A program made the position numbers and the translations under genes. From positions 480,001 through 544,000 of the forward strand of contig CBDATS010000005.1 in NCBI GenBank assembly GCA_965200245.1: a stretch of DNA of 64,000 nucleotides, written 5' to 3'. This DNA is from a bacterium (GTDB taxonomy: Bacteria; UBA8248). The notes under the pieces were generated by a model. The model saw only the letters and a list, made by a program, of their open reading frames with translations, was not told the DNA's origin and did not search any database. How positions within the stretch are numbered: the stretch's first letter is position 1; every line of letters starts with the position of its first letter. Below are positions 30,287-39,681 of the stretch, one piece after another.

Positions 30287-30940
30287 ATGTCCAGGGTCCC
30301 GTTGCTCGAAAGAGAAAACGCCGGGGGCGAGATTGCGCGCACCTTTGACATCCTGAACAACTTTCAGCGAAGGCAGGTTAACTCCACTCGTGCAACGGCG
30401 CACTCCCCATTTCTGGCGCGTATCTTCTATCCCCTCGTCCAGACCCTCATGCGCGAAGGGCTGGGAACCGTGCTGTCTTCCAAAATCAAGGAGCTCGCCG
30501 TCATCAAGACCAGCCAGATAAACGGGTGCGACTACTGACTCGCCCACAACACCGCTCTCGGCCGGGTGCTGGGAATCACGGATGACCACGTTGCCGCCAT
30601 CGGATCGGATGTGTACATGGATTCGCCGCTCCTCACGCCCAGGGAAAAGTCAGCCGTCCTTTGGGCCGAACATGTGACGCGAAACACCGCCAGGGCCCGG
30701 GACGATGTGGCTGAAGAAGTGCAGAAACATTTCACGGACGCCGAGTTCGTGGAACTCACCTTCGTCATCAGCTACTTCAACATGAGAAACCGCTATCATG
30801 ACTCCTTGAAGTTGCCGAACGACAAGACGGAAATCGTCGAGGACATCAACCGCCTTCGGCCTGATCCGACGAAGCTCAAAAGGTTCTTGCAGGAAATTCT
30901 CGACCACTGGCCGGAAGCTTTCCCCGAACCCAATGAATGA
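30287..30940 (+). CDS. AhpD/carboxymuconolactone decarboxylase-like selenoprotein (CxxU; Sec at TGA 30536-30538)
   Basis: Track ORFs 30272-30538 and 30566-30940 are in one frame. Read-through gives KELAVIKTSQINGCDY-U-LAHNTALG, matching the AhpD NxCxYCxxxH motif, followed by LTPREK.A..WAE.VT and FTDAEFVEL...I..FN..NR. Confidence 0.9.
30543..30573 (+). promoter_or_regulatory. candidate SECIS element (AhpD-like gene)
   Basis: CCCA..CACC..GGUG.UGGG lower stem; upper part can form a GGCC loop at +22 to +25 from UGA. Confidence 0.45.
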
Positions 30941-31007
30941 GGCGCACACTCACGGTAGCGCAAAGCGAAGAACACCCATGAACCACCCCGGAGAGGAGGA
31001 GCAATAA

Positions 31008-31733
31008 ATGGACCGAGGAATCTGGGCGGTATGGTACGACCTTCCCGAAAAGGGGGCGGATGAATACATATCCTGGCTTCATGAGGTTCACATCCCGGAA
31101 GCTCTTGAACGTCCCGGCTACCTGTGGGCGGCGCACGTAAAAAATATCGTTACGCCCGAGCGTGAGGAGCGAATCCGGGGAGTCGTCTATCATACTGACG
31201 ATGAAAGTGTCCCCATCGGGGTTCAGTACCTCATGCTCTACGGTGCACTCTCGCCAAACGCTTTTCTAGACCCCAGTCCCGACCAGATGACGGAGAAGAT
31301 GACGGCGCAGACGCGTGCGAAGCTTGGGATGCGGCTGAACGCGCGATCCTGCATCTTCATGGAACACAACCGCATCGACGGTCCCGAGGCCAGGAACCGG
31401 GCACCAGGTATCACACCCGGCCCCGGCATCCAGTTCGGGACTTTCAACATCAACGCCGTCGAGAACGAGGACGAACTCGGCTGCTGGTACTCCCAGGTGC
31501 GTATGCCGCGCCTCACGAAAATGGAAGGCTGCGTAGGCGCGCGGAACCTCGTTTCGGTTTCGGGCTGGGCGAAGCACGGGATACTCTATGAATGGATATC
31601 CCTGGAGTCGCTCGAAAAGAATTTCACGACGGAGAAGATACCCCGCTCCCGCCAGGCCGTGAACACCCTTGTCCACGCGCCCAGTTCCCCGAGTCTCGGC
31701 GAGCGCATCTGGCCGCCAGTGGGGAGTGGCTGA
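31008..31733 (+). CDS. hypothetical protein, tandem EthD-like dimeric alpha+beta barrel
   Basis: GAGGAG RBS; two related halves (EYISWLHEVHIPE.L.RPG and ELGCWYSQVRMP.L..MEG). Confidence 0.55.
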   Translation: MDRGIWAVWYDLPEKGADEYISWLHEVHIPEALERPGYLWAAHVKNIVTPEREERIRGVVYHTDDESVPIGVQYLMLYGALSPNAFLDPSPDQMTEKMTAQTRAKLGMRLNARSCIFMEHNRIDGPEARNRAPGITPGPGIQFGTFNINAVENEDELGCWYSQVRMPRLTKMEGCVGARNLVSVSGWAKHGILYEWISLESLEKNFTTEKIPRSRQAVNTLVHAPSSPSLGERIWPPVGSG

Positions 31734-31761
31734 AGAGAAAGGTTTTCGCCGTCCCCACGAA

Positions 31762-33147
31762 TCAATATGTAAGTTTCGAAAAACTCTCGAAGAAGTGTGC
31801 GAGGAATTTCTCGGACTGGACAACGCCCGCGACCTGCGCGTATTCGTTCGCTGCGTGCTTTCGCATGGCGTTGCACGGGAGCCCGCCGATCCATGGCACG
31901 CCCAGTTCTTCGGTCCACATGGCAACGGGCATACCCGCCGGATGTACGGGCCAGACTTCCGGATCCGCCCCCATATCTGCATGGGCTTTCAGGAAGCACT
32001 GGACCAGAGGATGCGCCAGCGGCGTTCCGCCTCCCGCGTAGCGGTTGTTCACGACGAACTCGACATCGCCGTAGCCGCCCTCGGCCAGGATGTTGCGGAC
32101 GTTATCGATACGCTCATCAGGGTCTTCACCCGGCTGGAAACGCATGTTCACAACGGCCTGTGCTTCGGAGGGAATGCTGACCTTGACGGATTTACCCTCG
32201 CCCACGAAACCCGCATGAAGGCCCGTTAACGTGAACTCCGCCTTGAACAGATGCGAACGCAAGGCGGCGTGGAAATCATCCTGCTGGAAACGATTGACCC
32301 CCAGGCTCTGCTTCATTTTTTCGGGGTCCATGCGTTCGGCGAGCTTTCGGCACAAATCCTCTTCGGCCTCGCTCGGCGTCCAGCCTTCTCCTTTTTGGTA
32401 GATATCCTCGAGCCTTGCCTGCAAACAGGCTATCGCCTCCACGAGACGCTCCGCCGGATTGCCTATCCAGTTGGAGTTGAGCGCGTGAATCTCGTTGCCC
32501 ACAGGGCCGCCCCACTCCCCGGGACGGCAAAAGAGCCTGCCCATCAGGTTGCCCTTGAGACCCAACGGGACGATAGGCGTGCCGTCGGTCTGCCCCATTG
32601 GACAGAGCCAGTAGGCCGCGTTCGCCTTTTTCATCTTCTCCTTGTACCGCGGAAAAAAATCCTTGATGCCACCGCTGCCCAGTTCTGACGCCTCATGAAC
32701 GAACATCAAATTGAGCGGGAGCTTCTCCCCGGAGGCACGCGCCGCGTAAACGGCATTCATCACGCAGGCGATGCCTGTCTTCATGTCCTCCGCTCCCCGG
32801 CCCACGATGCAGGGCCCAAGGCCTTCCAGTTCGTGTATCTCCGGCTCGAAAGGAGGATTGATCCAGTTGGGCTCTTCAGCAGGCGTCACGTCGTAGAGAC
32901 CGTGGCAAAGCAACGTACGCTCGGCGCCTTCGTCAATCAGGCCGTAGACGACAGGGAACTCCGCAGTCTCCACCACTTCCGCATCACCACCGACCTCGAT
33001 GATCTCATCGGCCAGCATCTGCGCCATCTTGTCGTTTCCTAGACTGAGCGCCGAGACGCTCGGCTGGCGTATGTACTTGAGCAAACGCTCGACATGGGCG
33101 GATTCGAAATCCGCCTCGATCTGCGCGATGACTCTTTCGACATTCAC
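31762..33147 (-). CDS. M20/M25/M40 family metallo-hydrolase homologue, non-canonical active site
   Basis: PSVSA, PVVYG, YDVTP...W..PPF, GRGAEDMK, HAANEY. Confidence 0.8.
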   Translation of the reverse strand: MNVERVIAQIEADFESAHVERLLKYIRQPSVSALSLGNDKMAQMLADEIIEVGGDAEVVETAEFPVVYGLIDEGAERTLLCHGLYDVTPAEEPNWINPPFEPEIHELEGLGPCIVGRGAEDMKTGIACVMNAVYAARASGEKLPLNLMFVHEASELGSGGIKDFFPRYKEKMKKANAAYWLCPMGQTDGTPIVPLGLKGNLMGRLFCRPGEWGGPVGNEIHALNSNWIGNPAERLVEAIACLQARLEDIYQKGEGWTPSEAEEDLCRKLAERMDPEKMKQSLGVNRFQQDDFHAALRSHLFKAEFTLTGLHAGFVGEGKSVKVSIPSEAQAVVNMRFQPGEDPDERIDNVRNILAEGGYGDVEFVVNNRYAGGGTPLAHPLVQCFLKAHADMGADPEVWPVHPAGMPVAMWTEELGVPWIGGLPCNAMRKHAANEYAQVAGVVQSEKFLAHFFESFSKLTY

Positions 33148-33189
33148 CAGGAAAACCTCTCCATCCCCTGCGGGGGTATACGCGGGAAA

Positions 33190-33501
33190 TCAGGGAATCA
33201 TGAGACCGATCAGCGGGCCGTGCTGCTGCGCTCCGTATACGTCCCGGTCGCCCGGCGCGCCGGAAGTCGGTCCCTTTCTCGGTATGGTGATCTTGATGGC
33301 GTTGGCCGCGTCGAAATGGACGATCTTCACGTCCCCGGGCACCATCTCGTATAGATCCGAAACCACACCTAGCGTGAGTGCCTCGCTGTCGACCACGCGC
33401 CGGTAGGCCGTCTAGTCTGCAAACAGCAGATCGAACGTGATGTGCAGCGGGCCTGCGTTCTTGCTTCGAAACACCTCGGCGAGGTCGTAGAGCCGTTCCA
33501 C
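33190..33501 (-). pseudogene. DUF4387 protein with in-frame TAG at codon 30
   Basis: GTG 33501: ERLYDLAEVFRSKNAGPLHITFDLLFAD-TAG(33414-33412)-TAYRRVV...AIKITIPR...GDRDVYGAQQH. RSKNAGP and DVYGAQQH are the family motifs. Confidence 0.8.
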
Positions 33502-33503
33502 GC

Positions 33504-34868
33504 TCAGCCCACCTGCGCGAACTCGACCTCGAAGGGCGCTGCGGCATCTTCGAGTTCCACGAGGTGATAGATGTGGAACTCATATACCGGCCCGCCCTCG
33601 AAATCAGACGGCGAGAATGGAAAGGCAAGGTTCCCAGCGGTGGCCTTCCGGCCCTGGAAGCCCGCGTGCAGAAACGTGCTCCGCGCCAGCGAGAGCACTG
33701 CGTTCGCCGTCACCTGATCCCTGGCGATGGCCTCCATCACCATGCCGATCTCACAGGGCGCGCCCGGTTCGTCCGGCCCCGGCCTGCCGAGCACGCCGTC
33801 GCGTCCGTAAAAGATGAAACGCAACTCGTAGTCCTCGGGCGAGAGCGTTCCCCGAACCATATCTGCAACCGTGTTCTTCACGTTCGCCTCCACCTCGTCG
33901 AGACTCGCGATCAGGCGCGGATCCGCCATTCCCGCGACGGCGATGGTACGATAACCTCTCAGGCGCACGCCTTCGATCTTGATAGTGGGGGTCTGCGCCG
34001 CCGTGAATCGGCTGCCGCTCACCCGCACGCGGCGATCGCCCGTTTGCTCGAATTCCGAGTCCTTGAGATCGATCATGCCTTCGGGTTCATAGAACAGATA
34101 GGGGTCGGGCTGTTCGTACATCATGTGGGCCGCCACGGAGTTTGGCGTCACGCGCATCCCCTCGTTCATCGGTTCGAGTTCGAAGTGATCCTCGCGCAGC
34201 GTGCCCAGAATACAGTCGTTCGCCCCGATGGGGAGTGGGCACTGCGCACCACACTCGATGATCTTCGCCATGTGGAAGGCGAGGCCCAGGCCGAACCCGT
34301 GCATCGCGGCGTAGGAGGCATAGATGGCCGTGTCGCACGAGCGCCCGGCGAGCACGACTTCCGCACCACCTTCCAGAGCCGTCATGAAGGGCGCAAGCCC
34401 CATCTGGCCCACGATACGCACGCTCTCGTCCACCATCTCCTCGGTGAGTTCGGGGATATTGCCGAGGGTGCGCGTTTTCTTCTCTCTCACGGCGCGCTTG
34501 ATGAACTCCTTGTCCATCTCGGAGCGAATCACAGCGAGCCTGAAACAGTGCCCGTCGCGCCGCGCCAGTCTATGCATCACCTCCAGTACGCTGTCGATAT
34601 GGGGATTTCCGCCTGCCGTCCCGGCGGAGCCGATGATGTAGGGAATTTTCTTCTTTCTGGCGGCGGTCAGCGAATAGCCCAGATCGCGGAGAATCTGCTC
34701 GCGCTTGGTGAGTTGATTGCCGCTGCCGAGGTAATACGGACCCGCGTCGGTCGAGCCGTTGTCCGCCCCCATGATGTGGGGATCCCGGGCAAGTCCGTTA
34801 TCGAGTGAGGCCTTGGGAAATCCATAGCCGAGATTGCCACATACGGACAATACCCTGAGTTCATCCAT
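33504..34868 (-). CDS. AtuA/DUF1446 family protein
   Basis: GNLGYGF, D.GSTDAGPYYLG, IIGSAGTAG, IVGQMG, AGRSCDTA, HMAKIIECG, SVAAH.MYE..DP; adjacent to DUF4387 as is common. Confidence 0.87.
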   Translation of the reverse strand: MDELRVLSVCGNLGYGFPKASLDNGLARDPHIMGADNGSTDAGPYYLGSGNQLTKREQILRDLGYSLTAARKKKIPYIIGSAGTAGGNPHIDSVLEVMHRLARRDGHCFRLAVIRSEMDKEFIKRAVREKKTRTLGNIPELTEEMVDESVRIVGQMGLAPFMTALEGGAEVVLAGRSCDTAIYASYAAMHGFGLGLAFHMAKIIECGAQCPLPIGANDCILGTLREDHFELEPMNEGMRVTPNSVAAHMMYEQPDPYLFYEPEGMIDLKDSEFEQTGDRRVRVSGSRFTAAQTPTIKIEGVRLRGYRTIAVAGMADPRLIASLDEVEANVKNTVADMVRGTLSPEDYELRFIFYGRDGVLGRPGPDEPGAPCEIGMVMEAIARDQVTANAVLSLARSTFLHAGFQGRKATAGNLAFPFSPSDFEGGPVYEFHIYHLVELEDAAAPFEVEFAQVG

Positions 34869-34962
34869 GCGAGACTCCCGAGACGTTTTATATGGAAGAT
34901 ACTCGAAACCTACACGATCGCCCCAGCTTGGTAAACGCTGCGCAATTCGGAATATGGGGCGC

Positions 34963-35400
34963 CTATGGCTGGATGCGCAGCCGTTCGGGCTCGATGATGG
35001 CCTCCACCGTTATCTCGATCATCGCGTCGGGAGGACCGAGGCGCGATATCTCGATCAGTGTGCTGGCCGGGCGGACATCCTTGAAGTATTTGAAACGCTC
35101 ATCGGAATGCTTGTAGTACTCCATGATATCGGTCACATAGGTCGTTGAACTGACGATGTCGTTGAACGTCGCGCCCGCATGGGCCAGACCCTTGCCGATG
35201 TTCTCGCAGGTCACCCGTATCTGGGTGCGCATGTCGTTCACACCCACTACTTCACCACTCGGCTTGCGGGGCACCTGGCCGGAAAGATAGATGTGGGCGT
35301 GGTCTGCACCGTGAATCGTCACCACGGGCACGTATAGGAGTTCGCCGTTTTCAACGCGGGACCACATGTCGTCGGGCTGCATGAACTGTCTCTGGATCAT
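34963..35400 (-). CDS. RidA/YjgF family protein
   Basis: IYLSGQV, Q.R...ENI...L..AGATF.DIV, RPASTLIEIS.L..PDAMIEI. Confidence 0.85.
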   Translation of the reverse strand: MIQRQFMQPDDMWSRVENGELLYVPVVTIHGADHAHIYLSGQVPRKPSGEVVGVNDMRTQIRVTCENIGKGLAHAGATFNDIVSSTTYVTDIMEYYKHSDERFKYFKDVRPASTLIEISRLGPPDAMIEITVEAIIEPERLRIQP

Positions 35401-35426
35401 CTTCTCGTACCCCTTTTGGTTTTCGT

Positions 35427-36242
35427 TTAATCCGTCACCCATGCGGGCCGGCCGCCAGACTGCCCCATGAGGCCTGCAAGCGTCTCGGCTACCTTTCTTT
35501 CGCATTCAAGAAATTCCACCGAAAGAACGTCGCGTGGACGCGGCAGGTCAATTTTGATCTCCTCGGCGATTCGCCCGGGACGCGGCGACATCAGGAGCAC
35601 TCTGTCGGAGAGATAGGCCGCTTCGCGAACGCTGTGTGTCACGAAGAGAACTGTCTTGTGGGTTTCCATCCACACCTGCACGAGGAGCTGCTGGAGGCTC
35701 GAACGCGTCTGGGCGTCGAGGGCGCCGAAGGGCTCGTCCATGAGCATCACTTCGGGATCGAAGGCCAGCGCACGCGCGATGCCCACCCGCTGCTTCATAC
35801 CACCCGAAAGACGGTAGGGATATACGTCCTTAAAGCTCTCGAGCTCTACCAGCCTCAAGAGACGGTCCACCACGGGGTCGCGCTCGGCTTTGGGGATTCC
35901 CTTCATGCGCATGCCGAAGCGGACGTTTCCGGCGACCGTCAGCCAGGGAAAGACAGCGAACTCCTGGAACACGACGCCCCGGTCGAAACCCGTGTCGTTG
36001 ATGTGATGGCCGTCCAGGACGACTTCGCCCGAGGTTTTTTCATAGAGACCCGCCACGATCATCAGGAGTGTGCTCTTGCCGCAACCGCTTGGCCCGATTA
36101 GTGAGATGAACTCACCGCTTCGCACCTCGAAGTTCACCGATTCGAGAGCGGTGATGTCCGTAGTCCGCCCCCATCCCTCGTCGATGGTGAAGACCTTGTC
36201 CAGTTCCCTGACCTGTAGTTTTACGGGACCCTGTATCGCCAA
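35427..36242 (-). CDS. NitT/TauT family ABC ATPase
   Basis: GPSGCGKST, VFQEFAVFPWLTV, LSGGMKQRV, LMDEPFGALDAQTR. Confidence 0.93.
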   Translation of the reverse strand: MAIQGPVKLQVRELDKVFTIDEGWGRTTDITALESVNFEVRSGEFISLIGPSGCGKSTLLMIVAGLYEKTSGEVVLDGHHINDTGFDRGVVFQEFAVFPWLTVAGNVRFGMRMKGIPKAERDPVVDRLLRLVELESFKDVYPYRLSGGMKQRVGIARALAFDPEVMLMDEPFGALDAQTRSSLQQLLVQVWMETHKTVLFVTHSVREAAYLSDRVLLMSPRPGRIAEEIKIDLPRPRDVLSVEFLECERKVAETLAGLMGQSGGRPAWVTD

Positions 36243-36263
36243 GAGTATGCTCCTGTCGGCGCG

Positions 36264-37124
36264 TTATTCGCGCAGTGTTCCCCAGCGCTGTACCGTGGCC
36301 AACTCGATGCTCCGCAGGCAGACGCGCTCCACGATAACTCCCAGAATGCCGACGACCACCACCCCGCCGTACATCATGTCCGCCGCGAGGAAATCGCGCG
36401 CCGCGAAAATACGAAAGCCCAGGCCTGCCTCGAGCGCGACTATCATCTCCCCGGTCACGACGATGCGCCACGCGCGGCTGAACGCGATGCGGTAGCCCGC
36501 AATGAGATTGGGCAGCGCGCCCGGGACCATCACCTGGAAGAAAAGCGTCATGCCCTTCGCACCCATTGCCCTGCCCGCGCGTATGAGCGAGGCGTCCACG
36601 GTCTTCACGCCCGTCCATGCGTTCACCATGACTGTAATCATCCCTTCGAACCAGAGCACGGAGATCAGGGTGAAGTCGCTCAGCCCGAACCACAGGATGA
36701 CGATGGGAAAGAGCGCGAGACCCGGCACAGCCAGAAAAAAATACATCGGCGGCGCAAGAATCCGCTCGACCGTTTGATTCATTCCCATCACCAGACCGAC
36801 CACGGTTCCCGAAACGAGGGCAAGGGCCGCTCCAACCAGAAGGCGATAAAGCGAAACGTAGATGTCCAGCCAGAGGATGCCGGACTTCGCCTGATCCACC
36901 ATCGTCACCCAGATTTTTTCCAGCGGCGGAAACAGGACAGGATGAAGCGTGCCCGAGTGCGCGAGCAACTCCCAGAAGATGAGCAGCCCGATGAGAGGTG
37001 CCGCCATCAGGAAAAAGGCTTTGCCGGAGTTTCGGAAAACCACACCCCAGTTTGGAGGCCCGAGTTGTTTCCCGCTCCCCGGCGTTTCTCCGGCTTGCGT
37101 TCGCGCTTTATCGGCCGACGCCAC
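36264..37124 (-). CDS. NitT/TauT family ABC permease
   Basis: LFPP, SLYRL..G, P.LALFP..ILWFG, LIRAGRAMGA, GEMI...GLG. Confidence 0.92.
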   Translation of the reverse strand: MASADKARTQAGETPGSGKQLGPPNWGVVFRNSGKAFFLMAAPLIGLLIFWELLAHSGTLHPVLFPPLEKIWVTMVDQAKSGILWLDIYVSLYRLLVGAALALVSGTVVGLVMGMNQTVERILAPPMYFFLAVPGLALFPIVILWFGLSDFTLISVLWFEGMITVMVNAWTGVKTVDASLIRAGRAMGAKGMTLFFQVMVPGALPNLIAGYRIAFSRAWRIVVTGEMIVALEAGLGFRIFAARDFLAADMMYGGVVVVGILGVIVERVCLRSIELATVQRWGTLRE

Positions 37125-37138
37125 GAGAATTTCCTTTC

Positions 37139-38488
37139 TCAGTTTCCGAGAGCCGTTATTCGCCCGCTTCCGAGAGCTTCTATCTGTCCGGGCTCGGGCA
37201 GGTTCGCGTAGGGATCCGGCGCGATGTCGGAAGTGTCACGCTCCCGCATGCACAGTTCCAGTGCTGCGAGGGCGAATATTCTTGTCGTGTCCACCAGCGC
37301 GTCGATGTGGATGTGTTCGCCGATATCGGCATTCCAGCCGTAATCTGCCGTCGCCGTTCGTCCCGCCAACCCGTAAGTGATGGTCTGGATGCCGTAGCGG
37401 TTCATGTGGGCGGCGTCGAGATAGGAAGTCTTTACGATGATGTTGGGCTTTTCTCCTGTAACGTCCTCGTGCGCGCGGATCATCGCCCTGGAGGGCAATG
37501 AATCGACAGGGATCCCCGAGGGCGGATGCGAGGAGAATACCTCGACCCTGGCCCCGACATCGGGATGTTCCTCGTTCACCTGCTCGATGACACCCTTGAA
37601 CTCCGCCTGCACATCCTGAATCGTCTGCCCCGGTACCAGGCGAACGTCCACGAACAGACGACACTCGATGGGCGAACGCGCACAGCGGTAGGGCCATCCG
37701 CCCTCGATGGCCGCCACGTTCACGTGAGGGCGCTCGCCCAAGAACTCATTGCGTCCCCGGTATTCGGGAATCCACTTTCTTATGGCCGCCTGCACCCGCT
37801 CCATCCGCTCGATGGCACTTGCCGTGTAGTCGCCGTAGCACGTATGGCCCATCAGTCCCCGCGTGATGACCTTGAACCATACCGTGCCCCCGTGCCAGGG
37901 AGCGACCTGCATGCCGGTCGGCTCGCCGAGAATGCAGAAATCCGTCAGATAACCGTGAGAGATAAGATGCCGGGTGCCGACGCCGTAGCCGTCATAGAGC
38001 ACGTCCTGGTACTGGTCGATCCGGTTTTTCTCGATCTCGCCCGCGACGGAGGCCAGAACGATGTCACCTCTGAGCTTCACGCCCGCGTCTGCGAGGGCCT
38101 TCGTTGCACCGAGGTAGGAGACGTCGGCGCTTTTCATGTTGGCCGCGCCGTTTCCGATAATCCAGTCGCCCTCGCGAATCGCCTTGTTCTTGTAGCCTGG
38201 TTGTGTGAGTTCGGGTTCCTCGCCGGAATAGGAGGTGTCCAGGTGTCCGTTGAACATCAGGGAATAGCCGCCACCGGTTCCCGGTGATATGCCGACAGCG
38301 TTATAGCGGCCCTCGGCTACCTTTTGCAGGTGCGCCTCGAAACCGGCCTCCTCGTACTTCGCGTGCATGTAGCGGGCCGCCTCCTCTTCGTAGCCGGTAG
38401 GGCTTGGTATGTCCACGAGTTCCATGGTGGTTTTGATCAGGAATTCCTCATCCACCGCGTCGACGACTTTCTTTTGCAGCTCATCCAT
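37139..38488 (-). CDS. M20 family (ArgE/DapE-like) amidohydrolase homologue, non-canonical active site
   Basis: IPSPTG.E, LMFNGHLDT, G.GAANMK, VAGEIE, LGEPT. Confidence 0.82.
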   Translation of the reverse strand: MDELQKKVVDAVDEEFLIKTTMELVDIPSPTGYEEEAARYMHAKYEEAGFEAHLQKVAEGRYNAVGISPGTGGGYSLMFNGHLDTSYSGEEPELTQPGYKNKAIREGDWIIGNGAANMKSADVSYLGATKALADAGVKLRGDIVLASVAGEIEKNRIDQYQDVLYDGYGVGTRHLISHGYLTDFCILGEPTGMQVAPWHGGTVWFKVITRGLMGHTCYGDYTASAIERMERVQAAIRKWIPEYRGRNEFLGERPHVNVAAIEGGWPYRCARSPIECRLFVDVRLVPGQTIQDVQAEFKGVIEQVNEEHPDVGARVEVFSSHPPSGIPVDSLPSRAMIRAHEDVTGEKPNIIVKTSYLDAAHMNRYGIQTITYGLAGRTATADYGWNADIGEHIHIDALVDTTRIFALAALELCMRERDTSDIAPDPYANLPEPGQIEALGSGRITALGN

Positions 38489-38603
38489 GATCCGCGATTC
38501 TCCTCAAGTGCTTCATACCCACACAGTTAGACCCTCACCCCTCCGGAAGGCTGCGCAACGCCCTTCAGAGGGGCAAAAACGGTTCGGATATATCTCTCCC
38601 GTT

Positions 38604-39599
38604 CTACTTCATTAGTGCGAAGTAGGCGTTCTCCACCAATGTGATGTCGATGTGTTTGGTGACGTCGATGCGCTTGGGCAGCTTGCCCTTTTTCACACTT
38701 ACGTCCACGCCGTCCTGCACTTCCTTGATGTCTCTGTGCGTGATCATCGCGCGGTCCCAGCGCATGAACCTGTACAGATCGGTCTTCACCTTTTTCACGC
38801 TGAACTTGAATCCCTGGCTCTTCCAGAACTCATGCATCAGCTTCGCGGATTTATCTCTGTTCCGGTTCAGGAAGCGCATCGCACGAACATGGGCGTTGAT
38901 GAAACGCTGCGCGCCGTCGGGGTTTTTCTTCTTGATGTAGGACCAGGAAGTCGTCAGAAAGACCGGCGATGTGTAGCCGAGCAAATCATCGTAGTCCTTC
39001 GGCCCCATGACCATTCGGCCCAGGCCCTTGTCGACGATGATCGAGCCCCACGGTTCCCAGGTCAGGCCAGCGTCCAGCGCACCGCGCTCGAAGGCGGCGG
39101 GGAGCGAGCCGGTCTTGGTGTTGCGGAGCTTGAAATCCTTGTCCGACAAACCGATGCGCGAGAGATACGTCATCCAGGTGGCCCAGGTGCCGGTGCCCAT
39201 CTGCGCGCCCACGGTCTTGCCCTTCAAGTCCTTCACCGATTTGGTGGTCTTGTCCTTCACGGGCACGAGCACCATGTTCTGGTTACCGTAGCGGTTGAGC
39301 GCGATGCCCACGACATCCAGGCCGCGTGCCGCAATCTGGCCCACGCGGGAGCCTCGCGTGCTGATGATGTCGGCAGTGCCGCCGATCAGCGCGTCGATCA
39401 GCGCGCGGGGACTCGTGACCCGGCGCTGCACGTTGACGCCCTCGGCTTTGTAGAACCCTTTCTTTTCAGCGATGTAGGGGATTGCGGCGTGCGAGGTGTT
39501 GTCATGAATCAATTTGACAACGCCTTTTGCCGCCAATGCGTTCGGTGCCATTCCCAGGACAACGATAGTTGCGATTAAAAGCAGGCCGAACCTTTTCAT
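38604..39599 (-). CDS. NitT/TauT (SsuA/NMT1-like) ABC substrate-binding protein
   Basis: Signal peptide, YIAEKKGFY..EG, SVKDLKGKTVG, LDAGLTWEPW. Confidence 0.88.
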   Translation of the reverse strand: MKRFGLLLIATIVVLGMAPNALAAKGVVKLIHDNTSHAAIPYIAEKKGFYKAEGVNVQRRVTSPRALIDALIGGTADIISTRGSRVGQIAARGLDVVGIALNRYGNQNMVLVPVKDKTTKSVKDLKGKTVGAQMGTGTWATWMTYLSRIGLSDKDFKLRNTKTGSLPAAFERGALDAGLTWEPWGSIIVDKGLGRMVMGPKDYDDLLGYTSPVFLTTSWSYIKKKNPDGAQRFINAHVRAMRFLNRNRDKSAKLMHEFWKSQGFKFSVKKVKTDLYRFMRWDRAMITHRDIKEVQDGVDVSVKKGKLPKRIDVTKHIDITLVENAYFALMK

Positions 39600-39681
39600 C
39601 TTATCTTCCTCCACGATTGAGAAAACCCGTTGCCTCTGCTACGTCAGTCAAAGATAAAATAATCGGAACCGGCGAGGTGTT

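Noticed and set aside
8874-33414. Pyrrolysine at the two in-frame TAG codons
   Set aside because: Neither site is catalytic, neither protein is a methylamine methyltransferase, no pyl genes are in the window, and one site is in an operon with other lesions. Retained only as an unlikely alternative in the findings.
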